Positions 1 through 7,531 of a stretch of 13,854 nt of DNA are shown here, piece by piece. The DNA comes from an uncultured archaeon (GTDB taxonomy: Archaea; Asgardarchaeota; Lokiarchaeia; Sigyniarchaeales; SOKP01). A model generated the notes under the pieces. The model worked only from the letters and a program-made list of their open reading frames with translations, was not told the origin of the DNA and ran no database searches. The position numbers were made by a program, and so were the translations under genes. The first letter of the stretch is position 1, and every line of letters starts with the position of its first letter. The stretch is taken from contig CAZDTP010000079.1 of assembly GCA_964508365.1 (NCBI GenBank), forward strand, positions 1 through 13,854, read 5' to 3'.

Positions 1-201
1 TCAATCATTATTAAAAACTTCCAAGTTTTTAATTAAGTATTCACCATATAGTACTCCTGAATTTTAAGAATACTCTCTTTTTTTCCAGTTTTAAGATTTC
101 AAACGATTTTTTCTCGAAGTAAGTTTTAAAAAGACTAGCCCATAAAATATCAAATGTGGAAAAATTAACTTTCAAAACTACAAACACAACATTCAAATAA
201 T

Positions 202-234
202 TTATAACTTTTATAAACTTTATAATACTTATAA
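202..234. repeat. Four TTATAA hexamers at exact 9-bp period
   Basis: TTATAA at 202-207, 211-216, 220-225 and 229-234, with spacers CTT, ACT, TAC. Intergenic AT-rich context lowers significance. Confidence 0.55.
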
Positions 235-515
235 ACCCATCAATTTATACAACCAGAATCATAAATGGAAAAAAAAATTGTAAATAAAATTAATTTAGAT
301 AATAGATAATATCGCTAATTACATTGAAATTGCTAATGGATGGAAGGATATAACTATAATTCTAGAAATCTAATTTTAAATTATACCTTGCTTTGTGTTA
401 TCATTTAAATACCTTTTATAGATACAATAAGAGAAATTTAAGTAGTAAGTATTCTATGAAATCTTTATAAGTATTTTTATTCTAAAAAATCATTTTACCA
501 AAATGGTCGAAACCT

Positions 516-1478
516 ATGACTATACAATTAACTAGCATGATTTTGCACGGCATTCTTAACGCCGTTCTCTACATCGCTCTACCTTTGGTTCTCTTCGAAG
601 TTATCGCTATGACGGGTCTTATGACTTTTAGTCAAGCGTTTAAAATGACTATAATAATAATAGGGATTATAGGCGTTGTTTTTTCAATGTTAAGGCATGC
701 ATTTCCTAAGGACACATCAGCAAATCGCCTTATGGCATTTAGCTCAACTATTTATTCTGGATTCTATCTGTTTTATCTTTTCGGTGGATTTACGCCAGGA
801 GTTCAATTAGGAACTTATTTAATAAGTTTGCCTTCTCTTCAGGTACTACTGGGTTTACAAATAATTGCTTGGTTACTGTTAGGGTCTTCAGGATTAAGAG
901 CGTTAAAGTATTTAATCGAAGCAATTGAATTACGGAAGAATAAGGAATATCGCGTAAAAAAGCAATTTAAGCTTAGTAATTTTTTTAAAGTGTTAGGTAC
1001 GATACTCAGTCTAATAATATTTGGGTATCTTGGTAGCATCGCTTACAGTGGGTTGAATCTTGATTTTAATATCCATCCTACTTTTGATTTAAATCACGAT
1101 CCAGGCGCTGATCTTCTAAGTTTAAGCGATGACACGGTTAATTTAACTGTTACTTTTGATCTTGATAACCAGGGTCTTTATGCAATTTATGATGTTTATA
1201 TCGATGCAGTATTCAATACAGTTAATAGTACAAATCCTTCAGCACTTCCAGAAGGTGTGAAAATTGGTGAATCTTTAAACAACTACTTTAGTACTTTCCA
1301 CTCTTTTACAAATAATCTTGATAATAACATAACTATTGTTATGGATCCAACATATATTCCGGGTTTACTGACGACAGATGCGTCTCTGGCTCTTAAAATC
1401 TCGTTTACCACCCTCTACGCCGCAATTCTTATTAGTCTAGATCTAACAGTTAATGTCCCATGGATCCACTTAATCTAA
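516..1478 (+). CDS. Hypothetical multi-pass membrane protein with C-terminal beta-rich soluble domain
   Basis: 320-aa ORF with about 4-5 hydrophobic stretches in residues 1-178 and a basic loop (RKNKEYRVKKQFK). The C-terminal domain carries N-x-T sequons at N209, N237 and N271. No family recognised with certainty. Confidence 0.8.
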   Translation: MTIQLTSMILHGILNAVLYIALPLVLFEVIAMTGLMTFSQAFKMTIIIIGIIGVVFSMLRHAFPKDTSANRLMAFSSTIYSGFYLFYLFGGFTPGVQLGTYLISLPSLQVLLGLQIIAWLLLGSSGLRALKYLIEAIELRKNKEYRVKKQFKLSNFFKVLGTILSLIIFGYLGSIAYSGLNLDFNIHPTFDLNHDPGADLLSLSDDTVNLTVTFDLDNQGLYAIYDVYIDAVFNTVNSTNPSALPEGVKIGESLNNYFSTFHSFTNNLDNNITIVMDPTYIPGLLTTDASLALKISFTTLYAAILISLDLTVNVPWIHLI

Positions 1479-1494
1479 TTTATTAAATTTTCTA

Positions 1495-1506
1495 TTTCTT
1501 TTTTTT
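1495..1506 (+). terminator. Archaeal oligo-T terminator candidate
   Basis: TTTC followed by T8 (1499-1506), about 20 nt after the 1478 stop. Confidence 0.4.
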
Positions 1507-1570
1507 AAAATCGTATAGACTCATTAAAGCATATTATTTTTTGAGGTATTAATATTTTTTAGCCAATCAG

Positions 1571-1578
1571 TTTAAATT
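1571..1578 (+). promoter_or_regulatory. TATA-box candidate for a leaderless or short-leader prx transcript
   Basis: TTTAAATT lies 30-23 nt upstream of ATG 1601, and there is no SD motif directly before the ATG. Spacing fits archaeal promoters, but the region is very AT-rich. Confidence 0.35.
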
Positions 1579-1600
1579 TTAAATATTTTTATTGAATTAT

Positions 1601-2113
1601 ATGAACAACGAAGAACCGCCAAGACCTAATGGATTACTGGAGAATTCTATAGCACCTATGTTTGATACAAAAGACATCTACGGAAAAGAAATGAATTTGG
1701 AAACCTTGCTTGAAGAGTACAACGGAGTAATGATTGATTTTTTTAGGGGAAATTGGTGAAGTCACTGTAAAAAGCATTTATTTCTACTGACGGAAAATAT
1801 TACAGAATTTGAGAGCAGAAATATCAAGTTAATATCAATCGCAAGCGATAGCGAAAGGCTTCTAAAGAAATTTAAAGAAGAAAATAATTTCACTGTTGAT
1901 ATGATCTCTGATCGTGGAGCAAAAATCGCAAAAAATTACGATGTTTACTGGTTTGCTCCCGGCGGAGGAGGAACTTTGAACATTAAACAAGCGATACCAA
2001 GTAAATTTCTGATAAATAAGGATAGAAAGATAGTATGGACTTACATTGGTAAAGATAAGACAGACAGGCCTTCAATAAAAATGATGACTACTATAATTGA
2101 TGAAAATTTATAA
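1601..2113 (+). CDS. Peroxiredoxin-like (AhpC/TSA, thioredoxin fold) selenoprotein, 170 aa, Sec53 encoded by TGA 1757-1759
   Basis: Hand translation from ATG 1601 gives MNNEEPPRPNGLLENSIAPMFDTKDIYGKEMNLETLLEEYNGVMIDFFRGNW*SHCKKHLFLLTENITEFESRNIKLISIASDSERLLKKFKEENNFTVD, which continues in frame into track ORF 1901..2113. The single TGA sits where the redox Cys of the AhpC/TSA FxRGxWCxxC motif is expected. AhpC-type similarity is present on both sides: APMFDTKDIYGKEMNL before and AIPSKFLINKDRKIVW after. A SECIS-like hairpin follows the stop. Confidence 0.92.
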
Positions 2114-2116
2114 ATC

Positions 2117-2174
2117 CCTTTATGGATGACTTATGTATAAAAATAGTTGATACATGGGGACAACCTTGCTAAGG
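2117..2174 (+). promoter_or_regulatory. Eukaryote-like SECIS element in the 3' UTR (core 2126-2161)
   Basis: AUGA (2126-2129) is followed by CUUAUGUAU (2130-2138), loop AAAAUAGUUG (2139-2148), AUACAUGGGG (2149-2158) and GA-C (2159-2161). AUGUAU/AUACAU is perfectly complementary, extended by U-G, U-G and C-G pairs with one bulged G. Tandem G.A/A.G pairs are possible. A weaker lower stem can form: GG 2124-25/CC 2164-65 and CCUU 2117-20/AAGG 2171-74. Confidence 0.78.
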
Positions 2175-2196
2175 TTGGGGTATTTTATTTTTTTTT
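2161..2196. terminator. Perfect 7-bp hairpin plus T-tract between convergent genes
   Basis: CAACCTT-GCT-AAGGTTG (2161-2177), then GGG and TATTTTATTTTTTTTT. It lies between the stops at 2113 (+) and 2215 (-). Confidence 0.45.
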
Positions 2197-2214
2197 AAAA
2201 AAGATAAGAAGTTA

Positions 2215-3027
2215 CTAATAGGTATAAAATCCTTTCTTCGTTTTTTGTCCAAGATTACCTTTATCAACTAGATCTTTTAAAGCTTGAGGAGGTTTATCAT
2301 CTTCTAAGCCACTATTTTTATAATAGGACATTTCAATATCATAAATCACATCCAACCCGATCTGATCCATAAATTGGAAGGGACCTATTCCCATGCCTGT
2401 GAATATTCTCCACGCTTTATCGACTTCTTCTAAATCAGCGTATCCTCCTGCCCATATTTTCATACTTTCTTTTTTGATAGCCCGCCATACTCTATTAAAC
2501 ACAAATCCATAGCATTCTTTTTTAACTATTAGAGGTGTTATATCAATACTCTCAACCCATTTTTTACCTTTTTCAAAGGTCTCATCACTAGTTTTGGTTC
2601 CTCTCATAATATCTGCCATTGGCATAGTAATAACGTTATAAAAATGGATATTTAACAATTTGTCTTTTCGAGCTACTTCATCCTCTAATTTTGAGACCGG
2701 TATTGAGGAACTATTCGTCGCAATAATGGCATTAGGTTGAGCTGCTTCATCAATTACCTTAAATATTTCTCTTTTTAATTCTAATATTTCTGGAACTGCT
2801 TCGATAATTAAGTCTGCGTCTTTTACAGCGTCTTTAATGGTTTCATGTGAAGTTATTTCTCCTGGTGTTTTTTTTCTTCTCTTTAATTTTCTGGAGAATT
2901 TTGCTAAATCTTCTACATTTGTATCATAGAGACGTATAGTATATTCTTTTAATGCTGTTCTCTCAGCTATTTGTTTACCTAAATAGCCAGCACCTATTAT
3001 AGAAACAATTTTTATTTCTTCACTCAT
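2215..3027 (-). CDS. 3-hydroxyacyl-CoA dehydrogenase family protein (NAD-binding + dimerisation domains)
   Basis: Rossmann motif GAGYLG, plus DLIIEAVPE, TNSSS, HFYN, GFVFNR, GPFQFMDQIGLD and GQKTKKGFY. Confidence 0.92.
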   Translation of the reverse strand: MSEEIKIVSIIGAGYLGKQIAERTALKEYTIRLYDTNVEDLAKFSRKLKRRKKTPGEITSHETIKDAVKDADLIIEAVPEILELKREIFKVIDEAAQPNAIIATNSSSIPVSKLEDEVARKDKLLNIHFYNVITMPMADIMRGTKTSDETFEKGKKWVESIDITPLIVKKECYGFVFNRVWRAIKKESMKIWAGGYADLEEVDKAWRIFTGMGIGPFQFMDQIGLDVIYDIEMSYYKNSGLEDDKPPQALKDLVDKGNLGQKTKKGFYTY

Positions 3028-3120
3028 CGATAATCATTATTTAAATTGGTTTTGATAATTTTATTTTGAACGAGATCATATAATAATTTAATTAAACTAA
3101 AATTGAACTTGTGATTTAGA

Positions 3121-4068
3121 TTGATAGAAATAGAAGATTTGAATAGTGTCTTAATAATTGGAGCAGGTACTATGGGGCATTCAATAGCCCAAGTATACGC
3201 TCAAGCTGGTTTTGAAGTAGATCTCGTGGACACACATCAAAAGAAACTAGACCATGCTTTAGATTTGATCAAGTCAAATCTTGCGGTATTAGCTGAATTC
3301 GATAGAGTGCAAAATAACGAAATTCCCTCAATAATCGAAAGAATACACCCAAAAACTGACCTAAAGGAAGCTGCAAATGAAAAGATGTTTGTACTAGAAG
3401 CTGTAAACGAAAATCCCGATTTAAAGAAGCACCTATTTATTCAACTGTCTGAATTATGCCATGAGAATACAATACTAGCAAGTAATACCTCAACTCTAGA
3501 CATCTTTACAATTACTAGAGGTATTAAAAATGTTCACCGTATAATTGCTCATCATTGGTTCGCTCCACCACATATAATCCCACTAGTCGAAGTTGTACCG
3601 AGTAAAAAAACATCAAATGATATAGTAGAATTTTCTGTTAGCATACTAAAAAGAATTGGGAAAGAACCGATTGTAATTGATAAGTTCCTTCCTGGGTATA
3701 TAGTGAACCGTATTCAAACTGCCTTATATGGAGCTATGTATGAATTACTAGCTAGGAATATAGCTACACCAGAACAGATTGATCTTGCTATCAGGACAAC
3801 TTTAGGAATTAGATTACCTATTGTGGGTATCGCACAATCTCAAGACTTTACGGGACTTGATTTAGTGTGCGATATTCAGAAATCGAAGGGTGGTGTATTA
3901 CCATTAATCCAAGAGAAAGTAGATAACAATCAACTTGGGGTAAAAACTGGAAAAGGATTGTTCGATTATCACGGAATAAGTGAGGAAGATATATTGAAAA
4001 AACGAGATCGATTATTTTTACGCCAACTTGAATTTCTTGAAAATTTGACCTCTTTTAAGCGTATCTAA
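3121..4068 (+). CDS. 3-hydroxyacyl-CoA dehydrogenase family protein (second, divergent paralog; TTG start)
   Basis: Motifs GAGTMGHSIA, EAVNE, SNTSTL, HHWFAPPHIIPLVEV, PGYIVNRIQ, DFTGLD and GVKTGKGLFDY. Confidence 0.92.
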   Translation: MIEIEDLNSVLIIGAGTMGHSIAQVYAQAGFEVDLVDTHQKKLDHALDLIKSNLAVLAEFDRVQNNEIPSIIERIHPKTDLKEAANEKMFVLEAVNENPDLKKHLFIQLSELCHENTILASNTSTLDIFTITRGIKNVHRIIAHHWFAPPHIIPLVEVVPSKKTSNDIVEFSVSILKRIGKEPIVIDKFLPGYIVNRIQTALYGAMYELLARNIATPEQIDLAIRTTLGIRLPIVGIAQSQDFTGLDLVCDIQKSKGGVLPLIQEKVDNNQLGVKTGKGLFDYHGISEEDILKKRDRLFLRQLEFLENLTSFKRI

Positions 4069-4277
4069 TATTATGTTTTAGCAGTATGTAGTATTAATAA
4101 ATCACCGAAAAATTTTGATAAACAAAGATCTACATTTATGTCAAATTATACTAATTGCTCCATAAGTATATATTCAAGTTTATATCCATAGATAATAATC
4201 AATAAGATACAAAAATTTATCTTGAAAATTTAATTTACAAATCAAAAAAAATTGATTCCACAAGAGATTAGATTAAA

Positions 4278-5570
4278 ATGGTACAAAAAAAAACAGCTTG
4301 GTATGAAACACCTGTAATTAAAGATATGATGGGATTAATGGGTGGCAGAGCGTTAAGAGGTGTAATGGCCTCTTATTTATCGTCTAAAATTTTTGTAGGA
4401 AAAGCGGCGCTACTACGAGTTGTGCGATACTTAGAAGCTACGATTGATAAACGAGATAGGCGAGCGTTAATTATAACAGATTCGTTTACTCAAAAATTTG
4501 CCAAAAAGCTAACAGATTATCTTGATTTAATTGAAATGGAATACAAGGTATGGTCTGGTGCAGAACCAGAGGTGCCAATCACGACGATCTATGAGGGTGT
4601 TAAAATATGCGAGGAATTTAAACCGCAAGTACTGTTTGCATTAGGGGGTGGTAGTGTTATGGATACGACAAAAATGGTGATGGTTAAATATGAAAAACCG
4701 GAAGAAAATCTTTTAATGATTTTACCATATTTCGGTTCTTTAGGATTGCGAAAGAAGATGAAATATTTTATTGCGATACCAACGACATCTGGAACTGGTT
4801 CCGAAGTAACTCCAGTTGCCGTAATTACTGATAATGAAAGAGATCCTCCTAAAAAAATTGAAGTGTTAGGTGACGAGTTATGTGCAGACATTACGATTCT
4901 ATTTACGGATTTTGTTAAAGATATGCCTCCGTTTCTGACAATGGCAACAGGTTTGGACGCACTATCTCACGCTATGGGAAGTTTCGTGTCAAATTGGGGT
5001 AGCCCATTTACTGATGCCATGAATTCGACCGCGATTAAAGAAGTAGTAAAATACCTTCCTCGTGCGTATAAATACGGTGCAAAAGATATAGAAGCTAGAG
5101 ATCACATGCAGATGGCTGCACTAATGGCGGGAATAGGATTTGGAAATACAATAGCTGGAATAGACCATTCATTAGGGCATAGCTTTGGGAAGATTTTTGG
5201 TGTACATCACGGGCTTAGCGTTGGGATGTTCTTGCCTTATTCTATTGACTTTCAAGCAAAAGTTACTGATAGATGGAAATTATTATGCCCAATTTTCAAT
5301 GTTAAAGTCGAAAACAAGGGAAGAGACGAAATCTATAAAGAATTTCTTCAAGCCGTCAAAAATTTTATACTCTCAATTGATGGTCCTATATGCGTAAAAG
5401 ATTTGAAAAATCCTGTTATTAGTAAAGAAGATTATTTCTCTAAACTAGATTTATTAGCCGAATATGCCGACGACGACGCAGTATCTCTAACTTCTTTTCG
5501 TACAATTAATAGGAAGCTATATAGAACCATTTTTGAGTATGCATGGGATGGAAAAGATATTGATTTTTAA
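4278..5570 (+). CDS. Iron-containing alcohol dehydrogenase, probably NAD-dependent
   Basis: GGGSVMD and PTTSGTGSE motifs. Metal ligands lie in DALSH, HSLGH and HHG. The Asp in IITDS is at the position linked to NAD preference in this family. It has an N-terminal extension of about 30 aa. Confidence 0.93.
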   Translation: MVQKKTAWYETPVIKDMMGLMGGRALRGVMASYLSSKIFVGKAALLRVVRYLEATIDKRDRRALIITDSFTQKFAKKLTDYLDLIEMEYKVWSGAEPEVPITTIYEGVKICEEFKPQVLFALGGGSVMDTTKMVMVKYEKPEENLLMILPYFGSLGLRKKMKYFIAIPTTSGTGSEVTPVAVITDNERDPPKKIEVLGDELCADITILFTDFVKDMPPFLTMATGLDALSHAMGSFVSNWGSPFTDAMNSTAIKEVVKYLPRAYKYGAKDIEARDHMQMAALMAGIGFGNTIAGIDHSLGHSFGKIFGVHHGLSVGMFLPYSIDFQAKVTDRWKLLCPIFNVKVENKGRDEIYKEFLQAVKNFILSIDGPICVKDLKNPVISKEDYFSKLDLLAEYADDDAVSLTSFRTINRKLYRTIFEYAWDGKDIDF

Positions 5571-5573
5571 TAT

Positions 5574-5578
5574 GGAGG
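5574..5578 (+). promoter_or_regulatory. Shine-Dalgarno site of aor
   Basis: GGAGG 7 nt before ATG 5586, inside a 15-nt gap after the adh stop. Confidence 0.7.
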
Positions 5579-5585
5579 GAAAAAG

Positions 5586-7460
5586 ATGAGTGAAAATTTA
5601 TTTGGTTATAATAGAAAAATTGCTTATGTAAATTTAACCGATCAAACGGTCGATGTTAAAGATTTGGACGCTCAAGTTGCAAAGGAATACCTCGGTGGTA
5701 CAGGGTTAAGCGCTAAAATAACTTACGACCTTCTATCAAAAGACGATTACGACACCTTAAAAAAAGATGCTTTTTCAGAAATTAATCCACTAATATTTGC
5801 AACGGGACCTGTAACAGGAACTTTAAGGCCCTCCTCCGGAAGGTACACCGTAACAGCAATATCACCCCTTACAGGGATATGGGGTGAAGGCTCTTCTGGG
5901 GGTTATTTTTGCATTTCTTTACATAACAGTGGTTTCGATGCTATAGTTATTGTTGGGAAAGCAAAAAGTCCGATCTATCTATATATTCACGATGAAACCA
6001 TTGAGTTTAAAAGTGGAGATGCCGTTTGGGGTAAAGACACATACGAAACCCAATTAATTTTGAAAAAAGTACTAAACAACGAAATGATTCGGGTTGCCAC
6101 TATTGGTATTGCTGGTGAAAATTTAGTGAAATACGCGGGAATAATTAACGATGAAGGTCGAGCTATAGGGAGATGTGGTTTAGGCGCTATAATGGGCTCA
6201 AAAAACTTAAAAGCAATTGCAATTCACGGAACCAAAAGAGTGCAAATCGCAGATAATAAAATAGGTAAAGAATTGTTAAAAGAAGCAGAAGATGCAAAGA
6301 AAGGAGACCTCCTTAAATCTATAACGCCTTTTCTATTCACTTTATACGGTACAAATTGCTATTTAGACATAGGTATGGCTCTAGGTGACACGCCAGCACA
6401 TTATTTTACTAAGAACGAATTTTTCGCTGAAAAATTGACGGGGAAAACGTTACGGGAAGAATATCCCGTTTTAGATTACGGATGTGCGGGCTGTACTATG
6501 AGATGTGGTAAAACTACAATTGTAGAACACGAAGGCAAAGATATCGAAGTAGATGGACCAGAGTACGAGTCTGTCGCGGCATTTGGACCTTTATGTGGCG
6601 TTACCGATTCCAAAGAAGTAATTCTCTCGCATCATATGTGTAATGTATATGGTTTTGATACTATTTCTGGGGGCGTGTCAATCGCATTTTTAATTTACTT
6701 AGTTGAAAATAATTTGGGAATTGATAAAATTAAGTCACATCTAAAAGATATTGAAATCGGAGAAATAAAGTGGGGAAATGGAAATTTACTTTTAAAATTA
6801 ATTGATAAAATTGCGAAAAAAGAAGGCATTGGCAACGTACTTTCTGAGGGTGTACGCACCATGGCAAAAGAATTTAATGTTGATCCTGAATTAGCTGCCC
6901 ATGTAAAGGGTTTAGAAATGCCCATGCACGATCCAAGAGCTTTTGCGGGACAAGCTTTAAGTTATATTACTTGTTATGTGGGAGCCAGTCACGAAAAATG
7001 TGATTGGTTCAGCGCTGAAGCAGGAACCCTCGCGTACCCGCAAATACGCGTAAAATCTGGCGATAGAACTTCCATAAAAGGTAGAGAAAAAGGAGTTATT
7101 GCCCTACAAAACATTAGGGCGATAGATGATTCCGCCGTAAATTGCAATTTCCTAAACCCCACACTTGAACACATAATTAAACACATCAACGCAGCAACGG
7201 GTTTTGATTACAGTAAAAAATCTTTATTACTTGTAGGGGAACGAATAAATACTCTTAAAAGACTTATTATATGCAATCTAGGGATAACAAGAGAAGACGA
7301 TAAACTACCTGGTCATCTCAATAAAGTATTGAAGTCTGGTAAAACAGAAGGGGTAAAGTTAGAATTAAATGAAAGCTTAAAGACATATTACAAGATTCGT
7401 GATTGGAATTGGGAAACTGGTTGTCCAACAAAAGAAAAACTCGAAGAACTTAATATATAA
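5586..7460 (+). CDS. aor: Tungsten-type aldehyde:ferredoxin oxidoreductase family protein
   Basis: 624 aa with SPLTG, GRCGLGAIMGSKNLKAI, [4Fe-4S] CAGCTMRC, GPEYES, HVKGLEMPMHDPR, DDSAVNC and YYKIRDW. Confidence 0.95.
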   Translation: MSENLFGYNRKIAYVNLTDQTVDVKDLDAQVAKEYLGGTGLSAKITYDLLSKDDYDTLKKDAFSEINPLIFATGPVTGTLRPSSGRYTVTAISPLTGIWGEGSSGGYFCISLHNSGFDAIVIVGKAKSPIYLYIHDETIEFKSGDAVWGKDTYETQLILKKVLNNEMIRVATIGIAGENLVKYAGIINDEGRAIGRCGLGAIMGSKNLKAIAIHGTKRVQIADNKIGKELLKEAEDAKKGDLLKSITPFLFTLYGTNCYLDIGMALGDTPAHYFTKNEFFAEKLTGKTLREEYPVLDYGCAGCTMRCGKTTIVEHEGKDIEVDGPEYESVAAFGPLCGVTDSKEVILSHHMCNVYGFDTISGGVSIAFLIYLVENNLGIDKIKSHLKDIEIGEIKWGNGNLLLKLIDKIAKKEGIGNVLSEGVRTMAKEFNVDPELAAHVKGLEMPMHDPRAFAGQALSYITCYVGASHEKCDWFSAEAGTLAYPQIRVKSGDRTSIKGREKGVIALQNIRAIDDSAVNCNFLNPTLEHIIKHINAATGFDYSKKSLLLVGERINTLKRLIICNLGITREDDKLPGHLNKVLKSGKTEGVKLELNESLKTYYKIRDWNWETGCPTKEKLEELNI

Positions 7461-7531
7461 CTAATTTATTCTTTTATTTTAATTTTATTTTTAAATATAA
7501 CATGGCAGGATTTAAATAAAGTCCATTCTTT

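Noticed and set aside
1-250. Minus-strand open stretch (…ILWASLFKTYFEKKSFEILKLEKKRVFLKFRSTIW*) and short plus-strand frames
   Set aside because: No convincing start or recognisable motif; cannot be distinguished from AT-rich noise or a decayed gene.
362-370. CTAGAAATC shared with the tandem repeat (10190-10198, 10213-10221)
   Set aside because: A single extra 9-mer match in AT-rich DNA is weak, and the flanks do not align.
1760-1791. Possible bacterial-type SECIS directly after the UGA (GTCA...TGAC)
   Set aside because: Only about 4 contiguous pairs and no apical G motif; the 3' UTR element explains recoding much better.
1901-2113. Track ORF of 70 aa as an independent gene
   Set aside because: It is the C-terminal part of the 1601..2113 selenoprotein.
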